From assembly GCF_910592395.1 (NCBI RefSeq), contig NC_088308.1, forward strand, positions 2,480,001 through 2,544,000: a DNA stretch of 64,000 bases, given 5' to 3'. Source of the stretch: Lineus longissimus (lineage: Eukaryota). Made by a program: the position numbers and the translations under genes. Shown here piece after piece: positions 11,228 to 25,769 of this stretch. The notes under the pieces are model-generated. The model searched no databases and had not been told where the DNA came from. It saw only the letters and a list, made by a program, of their open reading frames with translations. Position 1 is the stretch's first letter. Every line of letters starts with the position of its first letter.

Positions 11228-14200
11228 TTGCCTCACGCGAACAATCTGTCCGTGGACACGTATGGCTCGAAAGGTTTCCATAAGCTTCGAAGAGGTTGCG
11301 GGAATGCTTCAAGAACAGAAAAATATCACAGCAAGTCTTCGATAATCGATGTATTGATGGCATTCTGTTTGCTATGATTAGACTGGGCTTTTAATTATTC
11401 AAATAGAGACGATCTATCTTCATTGATAATGGATACCTGCATGCTAAAGCCAATAAACTAGAAGTAGCTGTCAGCAAATAAAGGTTCGTCACCATGATGT
11501 CATAATTCACTGATTGTGATGAAATACGCCTTGTGTTTAAAAGGTTGCAATTAATATTCAAGTAAAACGCCTATCAATTATCCAGCAGCAGTATTTTTCT
11601 AATAGATACTATTGGATGGTTGCAAACTACTTCATTCATGTTTATTGGCCTACTCGGGTGACGTGATTCAGTGTCCCTGATGAAGAAATAGCAAAGGTTT
11701 ATGAATTAAGAGCATTTTGAAAAAGTGGAATCAATTAAAAGTCAATATATAAACAATACTTTCGTATAAGTCGCCTGGCAGTAAATTGTTATGACGGTCT
11801 ACAGTGACGACGACATGACTAAACTATATTGAGTTAATATAGATTTATACCATAAGCCAAAAGCAAAATGCCTATGATACTACTGTTCGACTGATAATTT
11901 TTTTTCGGTAAGTAGTATTATTGGGACGTGTTCCTGCGTCAGTGATGACGACATATAAAAGACTGGATATTACACTAATCGATTAATTCATTATCAAGTA
12001 AGAAAATAAATAATCATACCTATTTTATCAAACATTTGTTCCAGTTAGTATGTTATTCATGGTACATTCGTTAGTTTCGTCACCATGGGAATCACAATTT
12101 TAATGACGCATGCATGGGCAATTGTGATGAAAACGACGCTGGTATAAGCACATTTCTTACCCAGCATCTTCTCATGGTTAGATAGTAGCAGCACCACAAC
12201 AGTAGACATCAAGTGCAACAGATATCAGGGATGCCGAAGCGACTGCATTCCTGTTACATCCCAACAAAAGTCATTAAAAAAGCAACTGAAATGGATTGCA
12301 TCCTTCATGCCGAAACAATAACAGGAGGTTAATGACAAGTTTGCACCAGTGCCCTTTGTACCCCTAGAAGACAAGAGGCCAGTGCCTTATGTTCCCTAGT
12401 AGACAACTTCTCTGCCTGTTAAACCATTCTGAAGGGCCGCGTCTGAGTGCTCTGCCTCCAGCGAACATTCAACTTTCTTATGGGTTTCATGTTCTCTTGC
12501 CGAAGGCTCTGTTTAAGGAGGCTTGTCACACCGCTCTATAAGCCGGGGTTGTCTTTGCCAAGCGGGGTGAGCCACTTCTGATAAATCATGCATGTTTGAC
12601 GAGGAACGCAAAGGCAAGATTCGCTTTTGGACGTTTTAATTGCAGAGAATAAAAGGAAAATGATGGTTTATATGAGTTTATGTGACCATGTTCGACATGG
12701 TGAATCAGATCAAAGCGTGCTGGAGTTGATGGCGATAAAGTGTGCTCAGCCTGGTGATGCTTCTTGATGAAAATTACTCTGGATATTCAGTTGAATCCAG
12801 AACACGTTCAAGCGCCAATTCAATGTATCATGTATCACACACTCTTTTCACTATACATGTAGGTCAGAGCATTTTCATGAACCCACCATGCATTGGTAGT
12901 GTGTATTGCGTTTGTCACAGACTTTGTCGATTCGTCATCAATGCTAAGCCTGGTACTCCTTGGACCAATTCATGCCGGAAGACAATATATACTAGGGACA
13001 AATTGTTTTTTTGTGAAGTGATTGTGGCCGCATCCATCAATGAACCTCACGAGTCAACTTCGAGTTTTCAAAAAAGACGGCTAAATCTTTCAACCTGACA
13101 AACATAGAGATGTACGGTAACGTTAGCTGTTTTCTGTCGACATGAAAACATGTCGTATCAGAGTGAAATTCTAAAATGATAATAGAGACATTTTATTCAG
13201 CTGAGATTTTGACCTTTTCTTAAAGAATGTCTCCAGAAAGAGATCCTTAGGGGTTAAGCCAGAGATATTTCAGCGGAGTGGATTGATGCTCCGATCTGTC
13301 ATTGCCACTGCACGGTGATGTACTAAATCCTCGTAAGTGAGCTCTAAATCAGGAATTCAATTAAGTTTTAAATGAACGGATCATTCATTAAGGTAGATTT
13401 ACGAAAACGAAATGGCTTCTTAATGGTTTTGATTACCAGGCAACGATCAGGGGAAAAGGTCTCTGTGTTGTTGTTGAAAGTCAGATTGTTTTTATTTCTT
13501 TGCTAAATTAAGCTGATGCAATGACGTATACATGCTGATTGGAGGTATAGGTACATTGTGACTTTTATTTTGTTGTACATTTATTAAGTTCTACCAGGTT
13601 GATTCCACCTGTACATATCGCTTGGTATAGCAGTGGTATATAGGTTACAGCACACTGTCGCCCCGCAAAAATCTTGTTATGCTAGTATAAGTTCTTGCTT
13701 TGTCGTCAGAATATGGTGGTGGCTGTTGGTATACAACGACGACAGTCACTTGACGGACCTTTTTTGTAAACACGCATACAAAACCGTCCCCGGGGTTAAA
13801 CATGTATCAGGGGTAAACCTGTACCATGTTGTATCAGTGATACGGGCGGTGTTTACTGCCACGGCAGTGCCAGGGTGATTGTTATTTACATCAGGTACAG
13901 CACGCTGGGTGATCAATTAATTAGCCAAACACAGTTCCCTCCTTCCCCAGTGTGTTCAGAAATTATGCCACCAGTGGTAATTGTCTTACTTGTCCAATTT
14001 GATATTTCTGACTATACTGCTGTGCAAGAGCTATACCATGTTCCGCAACGGAGATGCTATTTTCTAGCGTACTTGTCTATCTACAGCATTCGAAATCTTA
14101 GGAATGAAAAATAGAGAATGACTGTGCATGTATATCTATTTTGAGCTAAATGTATTTGAAAAAGTGTTAGATGTATCATAATCGCCTGATGTGCTCGCTA

Positions 14201-15540
14201 TTTCTGGGCAAAACAACTTTTGTAGCTGTGATTCTTACTAATCCGCCCTTCTATAGATTCTGCAGGACACATCTTGTAAGAATCCAAACAAGTGCATATT
14301 GCGGCTAAGACATTACAATGAGACACCGGATCTGAGGAAACTCATAAAATGCCTATTCAACAATTTGTGTTTATGACAGCCTGTTATAAAACGTATGCTG
14401 ATGGGTGGTTTTGTTCAGTGAATACAATATTGACATCACACAATAGGAGACAGTTCTTCAGACTCGTCCGTACTTATCTAAATCCTCTGGCTGTCTTTAG
14501 ATGCACCGCAGAATTAGCCGTTACGAAAATGTCAGCGCTTTCAATAACATCAAACCTTCTTATCCTTCAGAGCTGCACACGATTTTTAAGTAAGGTAATT
14601 ACGGAATTGGTGGAGGAGTTCACAGCTATTTTTCTTCCTGAGAGATCCTTCATGACAGCTGAAAAACCTAAATGTCAATCTTAATGCATTTGGCAGTTTG
14701 TTTCTTATCAAAGGAATATGACGATTTCGATGTGTTAAAAAAGATATCCACCTTCATCAGAAACAGTAACTATGCTGGTTTCTTACTTAAAAAGCAAAGG
14801 GTATAGGCTTTCTTTGAGGAACAGAAAGATACTTATTAAAAATTATGCGCCGTCGAATTTCTTCAACCAGACGAATCTACTCTGTTAGAGATGATGGGCA
14901 CAAAATGCATTTGAAAAGTACACACTTCACATATAAACATTCATCACACTTGGTGTCAGCTTTACCATTGCGTACTTCACCATCAAGTAATTTTATCCCT
15001 CGTGTGAATTCATTGAAAATCATTTCCAGACCATAGGTGACATCATGACACATTCGACATATCCTCTTCGAATGTTATGTGCTAAAAGCATTGAAAGCTC
15101 TCCTTTATCAAATCTCGCTATCTAATTTAGAAACTCCCGCGGTACGCTGAGGATGACAGCATACCCATAGTAATTCCTGCGGTGGTCGGGTATTCATTCT
15201 AGTAACATTTCAGGGAGGAAATCAATCTTGGATATGGCCGAGGGAGTACCATAAGCATGTTCGTGTCACAAGAAATTACAGATGTCACGTGTTGGAAAAG
15301 GACAAGTGGCTGTCGTGTAATCCTCTTCCAGTGCAGGTTAAAGAATGTCATGAATATCGGGACATGTGCGTAGTATGTCTAACGAAGGGAGTGGACTCAT
15401 TTGCCGTGTAGAAGAAAATGCTGAACCATCTTCTGAAGTTTTTTTAAATGCCAGATCTAGGCAATTTATATTGTCTCATTATATTCTCAACTTTGTTCGT
15501 TTCAGATCTATGCAAGCCTTTAGATTCCAAGCTGTGAGAA

Positions 15541-18500
15541 ATGCCTCGAGAAAGCAACAATAATCAAGACGGATGTGTTCCTTTTTTCACGAGGCGTCTT
15601 GTTATACCATCCGTAATACTGTGTGTGGTCGGCCTCATCCTCCTGGGGCCGGCCGTGTGGGCTATCTCAAATAAACCTGAAGACATGTAAGTAGTAGAAG
15701 CATACAATGACTTCATATGTCATATCCCTTTCACTGGACCCTTGGGGTTCCTAAATCATGAGTGAAAAATGAATGTCTGCAGCGCAAGACACCAAAACAC
15801 TTAAAAGCGAAAACGAAATTATTAAAAGAGGTCATTTAAAACTTTAGGTGCAACAGTCCATCACCGTGAAGGTCATCGGTGGGACTGGCTGAACAAACTC
15901 GTCATTCATTTTACTGCCTTCCGCCCTCAGAGGAGTATTTTGCCGTTTCCTCTCTATTATTTTTACTGCCTTTTCTCATTTCCACAACATCCTAATCACT
16001 CGCTGCAGACGACATGGCTGTTAAAGAAACAAACACAAGAATGCCCCGTTTGTTATTTTCAGACCTAGATCCATGGAAACCCAGTGGTTCAATTTCCGAG
16101 AGCATTCTTTCCTCTCAAAGCCATTATATGAGCGAGTCGATTAGTCACCTGCCATAAATTAGAACATCGATTTGATGTCAAATTCATTTTTAAAACATGT
16201 AATCTTCAATAAATAGAAGCGCAACCAGCTCTTGCACCTTCAGAAACTGTAAGGTAGTAAGTGTTATTGGTACAATCCACCACTTGCCATTTTAGACTCA
16301 ACGATTCGTGAAGCTTTACTGCACATCGTACAACCTCGTGACCGCATTAGGCTTCTTCTTTTGAGTATTATCGCGGAAAGAAACAGGTAGACCTGCAAAG
16401 TCGTCGAATGATAATTGCAACATGATACGTAGAACAGAATTATAGAGCCCGTTTGTATTGGACGGACATAGTTTTTGTATCCAAGCAGCAATTCTTCGAC
16501 ACGCCACCTTGCATACAGGTTGCCGTCGTGAAATCTGTATAGATATCTTTCTGCATGTCATTCTGGTGGTGGCTAAAACTAATTCGTGACGGTCTTTTTA
16601 AAAACAACATCGGAAAGTGAACCATAAGGCGATGGGCACGATGATGAGTTCTTGAGTAACTTGTCCGAGTGCTTTCTATGGTTTCGTTACGATATGACTC
16701 TTATTCTGAAAGCTTTTACACTCAGGTTCGCCCACGACACCCCAACGCCTCGCCATATTTGGTATTGTTGTCTGAAGAAATTGCATCCAGATCATAGGCA
16801 GTTTAACATCCCTAAACATTTTATATATACTGAAAATATAAAAGATCCCTGCGGTGCAGAGAATCAGTTTGCATTGAATGCATGGCATTTCATGACCTTC
16901 TTGAAATGTGTCCGGAGGGGCATCTGCAAAATGATTTTGCCAATTCATTATACCAGTCTGAGTGATGCTGATTTCGGATGTCATAACTTTTGTATTCGTC
17001 AAAGAAAGTAGCAAGTGACGTTTGATGCATGACATTTTATGACCTTCTGAAACCGTGTCACGAAAAAATCAGACCAGTTCATTATGCTCATCAAAGTAAA
17101 GTCTGGTAACAAATTTTATCATTAGCCGAAGAAAAAAGCCTCGTCGCGTTTGATGCAAAGCATCCTATGACCTTTTCAAACAGTGTCACGCAAAAGAAGT
17201 CGGCCATTAATTTCGCGGTCCTGTTGTATTTCAGTCCTTTAAATACCCCAGGCAAAGAGTAAGTATTTTATGAGATCTTCTCACACCAACGCTATAGAGG
17301 TAGTCCTTACGTATACGGTCTTTAGATGCACAGCTTTCCGGTCATAATCTTGGAAACGAAGATTCCTCAGGAACCCAAAGGATTGGTGGTAATGACATTA
17401 CGTTTCTTTGCCAATACCAGCCTCGGGCTATTGACCTCCACGGAAGCTCTTTCGTGGGGTAGATATTACCAAGATTTGCCCTGATGACCCTTTGATATAA
17501 CAGTAGAACAATGCCATGGGAATTTAGGTATGAGCGGGCTTTGTTTAAAGATAATAGACCGTGTATTCGGCTCGGCCTAAATTCGTTTAATTGCAATAAT
17601 GTAATGGACAATGTGATAACTCCATACCGGTGTAACATCTGTGGTTGTTTCCCATGTGTCAGTGTTTCCAAACAATAGGCAGCTAGAGAGACCACGACTT
17701 TTCAATAGGGGGATACACAGAAAAACTTGTCAATCTATTTTTGAGCGTTCCCAAACAATGAGGGGAAACACTCAAAAACAGAAACACTCAAAAACATTAC
17801 ACCGGTCCTACTTGTTCACCCTAATTGTTATCAATCGCTGACTCAGATCTTCTGTCAGGTTAGTGAGATCACGGCTACTGTGAACAATGGTATGACTAAA
17901 GTAGAAAAAGAGTGAACTGGAGACCACAACCTTGGCATCATTGCAAATCTATATGGCATAGTTTATTAGGGCAGCGAAGGGTTTTGATACGTGTTACTGA
18001 GGTTGTACATACGTTTATTGGCTTATTCACTAGGAATTTCAGCCAGTGAAAGTCAGGGGTTCTCTAAAAACATGTGCATGTAAAGAAGTTATACGTAAGG
18101 CCAACCTGTATGTCTAAAGCTTTAATGCAGCGACCAATATGAAGCCTGTACCCCTACCGACGTGGGTACAGGATTTACATTAACCGCTGCATAACTGCAT
18201 TAAAACCATACTATCGCTATTGCTGGCTCGCTAACTCAGCTGTATTACTCTTTCTTCAATGCACGTCACCTTGGCAATGAGCACGTTATGAGAAACACAT
18301 TATATACACTTTCTTTCATACGCTGCTATGACAGTAGAAAGGGCTACCGTCAGAGGATCAGGCGAGGGGAGACTTCATTTGTAGATGCAGTTGTGGAACA
18401 GGCCTTACCCCGAAGTTGGACGGATAATCAACTCGATCGCTCCACGGTCAACAACGGCCAATAAAACCGTATCTGCTAATCTTTTATGATTTTATTATCT

Positions 18501-21500
18501 ACATGTATCAATTTAATCGGTGCACTTTAATCATAACTTTGAAATACGCACTTTATTAAGACAACGAAGTTATCCGCGACTGACGTTAAAGCACTTCATT
18601 TCCAATTATCTTATTTCTCGGGTTTCAACTATTTTCGTGTTAAATCTTTCTATCGATTCATTATTAATACGCCCAGTCTATATACAGTTGATGCAGCTAT
18701 TGATTTGATCGTTTCACCAGGGTCTAGACTCTGATCTCACGTCGTAACACTTGACATCCACGAGAGTTTTTTCTTCATTGCCATTGGCTATAATCCGTGG
18801 CTACACATTTTGTTTCCACTTACCCACCAAAACGCACGGTAGTTATGATACAATGTACATTGACATTGTTTTTAGCAAATCAGTAGCAAATGTAACGGAC
18901 AGTATACACTTATCTGTCTTGTTTGAACTAACATCATTTGAGGAGTGCGAAACCAGTAAGATCATATTACATGATTTCATCTACCTAGTGCCAAGGACCA
19001 CCGGCAGGTCTCGCAACCTTTACGAAGAACTACCAACAACGAGTAACGAAGTAATGCATTTAACCGACGATTTGTGAAGAGTTCCCTGATTCCGCGGGCT
19101 ACTAAATGTAAAAAGCCACGCGGTCTTGATGATAACAGTATCACCAAGAATTCATAAAAACTGGTCTTTATCAACTGATGGTAACACACACCTTCGTTCT
19201 TCGTCGTTATAGTTGATGAGCGGGTACGTTTCATATTTCTTCATTAAATATGTCCACATATTTTTGTTTTGCAGATCATTGGGTCCAACGTTATTAGTAG
19301 TTTCGATGGGTTTAGTTTTAATGAGTGTAGCACTTATGTACTCAGAGAGACGGCGGATGCTGATGGAGTTGACGAGAAATGCATCAACACAGGTAAGAGG
19401 GGACAAGAATGGAGAGAAAAAATGAATCAGGAGAAATCACCTCAAGAGTATAAGTAAAGGCAAAGAATTGGGAAGTTCTTTGTGTTCAGTTGTTTACTTT
19501 CTGCTTTCTTCTCATCCTTTAAATCCATGGAAACCAAAATCAGTTAATGGATGACACGTCAATAGCACTATGACATTGTTTGATCACCTAACCTCTGTTT
19601 AAGTGCATGATCAATGCCACTCTCCGGTCCGCTTTCTTCACGATCAATACATGTTCCCTCGGCACCGGCAATACCTTCACCTTAGCCCATATTAACGACA
19701 GCAACCAACAGTCATCAGTTTCAACCACGGACCTAGTATTTCTACTAGTCGATGAATGAAAATATTCAGTGGTCGTGCTATCGGAGAGGCGCAATGGAAA
19801 TATCAGCGCCGTTCCGGGTTCGACTTCCGGCCACACGGTATGCTCGAATGACAGTAGGTTTTCTACAAGGTCTCCTCGTACTGTACATTTCAAATTGCCC
19901 AATATTTGTATAGCGAATAATTTCCTAGTTGACGCTCAGATCTAAAGTCAATATTTCATTTTTTGGTCAGCTGTTAAGTGGTCTAGTGAAAATGCATTTG
20001 TTTCCATCCATCCATCAAGCGCTCATCTTCACCCAGATAAATCCGGGGGAAAATCTCAGAAAAAAATAATTCTTGTGACAAGCCATTTTGCTCGGCTGTC
20101 TTTCCTTCCTCGAGTGCTCATTACGGGCAGCCGCGTCTGCTCTCCTTCACCAACGCCTCGGCTGTTAATAAAGAGGTTGTATTGAGCCTCGGGTGATTTG
20201 TTACATCCACCAATTTCCTGGCTGCGCTACATAGTCATATAAGATGGTCTCGTGTATAGCTTGGTTGATCATAAATGAGGCTTCGATTTTGCTGAAGCAT
20301 GTCGCATATGGTGAGCATAAGAAACCGTTCACCAAATCTCGCCTGTTAGTAAGGGAAGATGGATAATGAAATCGGCGTGGCAGATATACCCCGTAATGAC
20401 GTTTAGGAAACATTATCAGATTGATTTGTAATTATTTCTATGGGAACTGTTTAAGGGAACTGTTTAAAGTGGCGTATCAATCGATAGAAATGCTCAAAGT
20501 GACATGTCCATCAACAAATCAAGTCTCGTTACCGCCACGCAGAAGAGTGTTCTTCAACTACGTTGTGCTAATCTGTCGGATTCACTTTAAACGTGGACAG
20601 ATCAAAGAGAGCTGATAGCGCTTACTCAATTGTTCTCCGTAAGTCAAAGTTGGGCGATCAAACAATGTTAAACCACGTGCTGACGTTCCGGCCTTGCCAA
20701 TACGGTGCTTAACAGCATCGTAAAGAAGTATAGCATGAAAATACAATTAGAAAAAGCAAACACCAGAAAGCATATTTTTCCTGGTAACAAAACATTGGGT
20801 CAGATCTATATTCCGCCGCGCAGTACAACTTGAAATTAGTGAAAGCGATTTGCCCTAGTCTGTGAACATGGTGTTTTTTTCTTGCCAGTTTTGTGACGTT
20901 GTACACCTTAGTACGACCCAGTACAGTGCAGAACCCCTTGTTTTGTCCAAATCGTGGTACTATTGTAAGGTTTACACATGATTATACAGGTTGTCCCAGA
21001 AATGCACGATCCAATTGGCTACACGAACTAATCATATCTGGAGTCAAAATGAAGACTAGTCTTATACTAGTACTTTCTTTGGATGAAATAAGAACTTCTT
21101 ACCATACGAAGGCATATCACATCCAATATTACTGATATGACTAACTTGGTCTTAGCATTTTAGGGATACACTGTCTCATACTATTAGATTTTTTTACCCC
21201 CAAGAGCCCTTTTTTGTTCTGTTGAAGGGTAAGATGACCGTTTACAAGGCAAACTTTCAATGGTCGGTCCACCATGTTCACTAGATTAATTACATCATCA
21301 AACGATAAACGGATTATACAAATGAACCTGAAGTAACCGGAGAGAAGAGGCCTGATGCTCTGAAAATCACAAAAACACTACCGTTGTGAATACTAAAAGT
21401 GCCGAGGTTCAGCAAGTTTGCATTCATAGAAAAGCACGGTGGCACTGTGTACAACTGCAATTCCTAGACCACCAGCAAATACGAACCCGTCTTAGAAGCT

Positions 21501-24500
21501 TTTAGCTCGTGCAATTGATACCGTCACCTCTTTTTATGTGACACCGAACGACAGGCGATTCTATCATTATCACGCCTTAATCACTTAATCACGCCTCTGC
21601 CTGTGACTTGATACACAAAACTTGACCTAACAGTGTTATGGTAGTACAGCCACAATGCCAGAGGTTGATCTCAAGCACCGGCATCTTATCCATGATTATT
21701 CCTTGTAGAGACTGGGCCTGTCAACAAAGTCGATTTTCTCCGGTTACTGTCAAATTCTCATCGCGAATACTTTCGGTCAATATATGGTTATGGTTATGGT
21801 TATACATGGATGGAAATCGTAATTAATATGATTACTGTTAATTGATAATGACACTTTCCTACTATTAGGACTCATCAGTACAATGGAGATCGCAGGTATG
21901 GCACTGTCACATAATAGCAAGCTGATAATGCACTCATTAATGTCTATCGGCTTGTAGGCTTATCATTAAGTTCAATGCAAATCGTGAGGAGATGCACACA
22001 GCATCATCGTCGCAAAGCATAGAAATACATGTTGCTATATAGATAGGTAACTGTTCGCAGTTGGAGGTTCCTGTTTTGGAGCGGGCTGCACGTCTTTCTG
22101 TGATCTTCTGTAGAGTTTGGGAATGGGATGTCCATGTATGTCTTTCTGTTGAATGTATCCACTCTTACCCCGTCCAAACCTAAAATTTATGTAAAGTGTC
22201 TCTGATATTCCTTTTCGCATGGTCGTAGACTTGTTCTGTTGTGTCTACAAGGGCGATGACGGAGTCGTCACTGTGTCAAGGGCCGTACTCGACCACATGG
22301 CCCTAACGGCCAGTGAAACATTCCTTAGTTCGCTTCCTTGTTTGAGCACGGATTATTAAATCACGCACCAGTCTTAAATGCACTGGCGTCATTGCGTATC
22401 TTCATTAGAAATTGTCGATATAAAGAAAATTACATCACGTTTTAATCTGCTTGAAATGTTTTAGACTAGAAATTGATAACTGACTGTTAGGCATGGGTGT
22501 CATTTCGTTAAAAAAAACTTATCGTGGCGCCATATTTTCTTCTGGGCTCGACTCGAACTGTACGATACGGTGAAATATTTGGAAAAAACATTCGGGTCCC
22601 GCTTATGAAAATAGAACTCTTAACTTGAATAAGTAATAAGTAATAAGTTGCAATTTACTGATGTTAGTATTTCCCTGGGCTCCTGACAGTTCGTCATCAA
22701 CCCTTAATGGTTTTTATCAGACACGTGTACCAGCCTACACATCACATTATGAAATATTACACCATGCTATCACATTCGTCACATTCAAGAATACAAATGA
22801 TGATCGAATTATTGTCATGATATGGAACAGTTCCTCCATAATTTCCAATAACTGTTTAGAAGCTCGATGCTACCATATGCTTGTTTTATATCAGCGGCGC
22901 CTGGAGGAAAGCTCCATTTCATTACGGTAATAAAACATGGGGTCTTTTAATCTATGGCAATCGCAATGGCACTTTACAATGTATGTCCTTGGTTATCAAA
23001 GTAACTGTTTCGACGCGGCATCTATCTACTAGTCCATCTTGAGGAATACAACCTACGAACTCCCTAGATGTTGTCTTGATGTGGATGTCTGCCTTTAGAC
23101 TCTCAGCTGTTGTTTCTCCTGTGACCCTCGCTCGTTTATGTTCACCCCAGAGTGCTGTGCTTGTTGTATTTGGAACTTTGGTACAATGCTTGCAGTTTCA
23201 GTCAAAGGAAGAGCACTTCCTGAGAAACCTTTCATTCAGAAACATTTCTTATTTCAACAGTGTGGCCAGCATTGCTATAAATGAGGGGGCTGGTTCGGCC
23301 AAAACATCAATGGAGTTTCGCGGCGTCTGCTTACTGCAGCTCCTCAGTGAGGAAAAACGGGTTGTTGTACCAAACGATAAATCAACCTTTAGAGCAAACG
23401 ATTTGTCTCAACAAACAACGGTCATTATTGTTGATCATTACTTTGATGTCATGCTGAATCAGTTACGCAACTGTTATTTAGCACATACAGGCGATAGGGC
23501 ATGCATTGTCGACATTAGTACCGGATTTATCACTTGTTTACGGCATAATTTGCATGCTAACAAAACGATTTAGCATGCTGATCACAATACTTATCACGTG
23601 CCCAATTCGCGAGCGACAGCAATACTTATTATGTGCTCGGTTCGTATACGATTAAGCATGCCCAATCATTCGTGTGCACATGCACCTCTATGCATCGATA
23701 TTTTTGGGATTCGTTTTCAGCAGAACATGCAAGTCCGGTGGCAAATAAGGCCTCAAAACAGCAGTAGATTCTTAAAACTTGCCATGCTCAGCAAAGTTGA
23801 CATGAATGCCATGCGACATTAGCTTTTGATTTGGTTTGGTTGCACATCTCCTTACTTGATACCGGTAGTAGAATACTGGTAACATCTGCGCCATCGGTTA
23901 AGTGCCGTTTGACCTTCCAAACATGCGCCCAAAGATGGATAATGGTTACTGGAGTTTGCAGAAGAATCGGTGTGATGTGGAAAAAGTGTTCTCATGTCCA
24001 AGCCTTCTATGACGATTTATAAGAAATCAGTGACCGAAAGTTAAGATTGCCATTGAAACGAAGTCGTTGTTGGTATCGTTAAAACAGTATATGCTAGGGT
24101 AGTATCCCCATCTACACCAACATCTTATAGGGAACGTTAAGGTTTTATAATCCCAAAGAGAAATGCCATAACAATTTTACAAATAAATGAGAAACCTGAG
24201 CGGCGTGCAGGTGGCCACTGTACAAGATTATAGAAGCAGCGCCTGCAAAACTATGTTATCAGAGACCCATCCTTTTTACATGATAAATGAATTCTATAAC
24301 AGTTATTGACAATGTCTCAGAAACACCGCATCTCGCTTAAATGTCGGCGATGGTTCTCTAAGGAGGTCTACCATGTTTGCGTCGTGTGTTAACCCAATAT
24401 TCCTCTCTCTCGGCGACGATAGGATTACTATTGACTGAATAAGCTCGCGGGACAAGTATCCATAGACAAGTGATCATTGCGTTTGCTGTGTTGTAAAAGC

Positions 24501-25769
24501 GGTGCAGCTGGCTTTAGCATCGACACTTAAGGATATTGGCTCTAATTCTAAATGAAATCGTATCGCAATCGTGACGGCGTTTTTCCAATCTTCATTTCTG
24601 AGATGGCTTTCCGTGGGAATGTGCATGTAGACTTGAGAAGCCATCATTTACATAGATGTCGGCGCGGGGCTTGAAGCAAATACTGTTTAATTCAGGTTCA
24701 GTCTGCCACAGCATAAGCGATGTTCTCTGCTCAAGAAAACGGGTTCATTAGCTTAAATCAACGGGTAACTGAATGACAACGCGTGTACGGAGCAACCTAG
24801 TCTGTATACATGTAGGAGCATCGATCTCTAATACCATTTGACCTGGCCGTCGCTCCTGGTCGCATCTGTGTTAACAATTAGACTCTGTTACGGCCCCCGA
24901 GCAGTGCTTGGCAAATTAGTTGGCAACTCGAGCTCTACCCGAAGGGAACGTAATAAATGGGCTGGAAACGCTCTGTAGAAACGACTTGGCAACAGGCTTT
25001 GTCTAAACTTCCCAAGTGGTGTAGAGGCGCTGGCTGCAAGGCATGCTCTTTGGATCAGATCAATCTTAATGGTGCAATTCAAGACAGCCTCGAGTTCGAC
25101 TGTTTCTTCATCTTATCATGGCCATTATTTCTTTACTAACATCGAATTGATCCTGGAAGGATAATGATGTTCTTTAATACATCAGAGATACATTAACGAT
25201 ATTCTTTTCGCAGACTGCATTGTAAGATAACATCAACTATTAGTCTTTACGTCTTGATTGACAGTGCGATAGATATGCATGTTGACCTTTTACTTGGAAG
25301 TATCAAACAGCACTCATTTGTTTCTCCGTTCCAGCATAGTTGTATCCAAAGGAACTCTCTTTGGTACACTTAACAGCCGCTCTGATACATATACCAACTG
25401 TAGGTTGCCAACGTCTCCAACTCATTGTGATATACTGTATATACATGAAGAAGTGTCGAAATGGTCTCTGCGTTACGCCAGGCCATTTCGACACCGAGTT
25501 CTTCAAATGTGAGCAAGGTCATGGGACGGACGGCAGGTTAGAAAAGGTTCTTCTTTTCAACACATTACCTCACTTGTGACGATTCCAAAGGAGTTAACAT
25601 GCGATTGTTATACTCCCACAAGCACTGGTGGCTCCTGATACGTGGCTCTTTCCTTCGTTTGCAGCAAGATCCGCTGGTGACTGACACAAGGGCAGGCGAT
25701 TTCCTCCGCGCCGGGAGAGTAGATCCTAAAGAAAAGGTGGCCAAGCTCAACAAGGAGCCAAAGGTGTAG
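15541..25769 (+). CDS. Small 2-TM protein, array copy A (most divergent); exons 15541-15686 and 19275-19392, probable terminal exon 25665-25769; about 122 aa
   Basis: MPRESNNNQDGCVPFFTRRLVIPSVILCVVGLILLGPAVWAISNKPED-I-SLGPTLLVVSMGLVLMSVALMYSERRRMLMELTRNASTQ-QDPLVTDTRAGDFLRAGRVDPKEKVAKLNKEPKV*. It has the same MP..NN start, AT|GTAAGT phase-2 donor and phase-0 donor as copies B-D. The last exon is assigned only from its strong acceptor and single open phase, so it is tentative. Confidence 0.65.
16870..17200 (+). repeat. Degenerate tandem repeat, three units of about 130-140 bp
   Basis: The motif TTGA(A)TGCA..CAT...ATGACCTT.T.AAA..GTGTC recurs at about 16875, 17021 and 17149. Confidence 0.6.
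17626..17806. mobile_element. MITE family 1 copy; related copies at about 40345-40540 and, inverted, about 57884-58000
   Basis: Perfect 10-bp TIR ACCGGTGTAA/TTACACCGGT. The internal segment GTTTCCAAACAATAG...GAGAGACCA...AGCGTTCCCAAACAAT is shared with 40.4 kb and, as reverse complement, partly with 57.9 kb. Confidence 0.7.

Noticed and set aside
19604..19759. Alternative terminal exon for copy A (CTAAC...TTTAAG acceptor, CMINATLRSAFF...)
   Set aside because: The AAG acceptor is weaker than the one at 25664 and the peptide is uninformative. It cannot be excluded without RNA data, so it is not called.
23076..23573. 165-aa plus-strand ORF
   Set aside because: Non-ATG start, no domain features, and it lies within the putative last intron of copy A.
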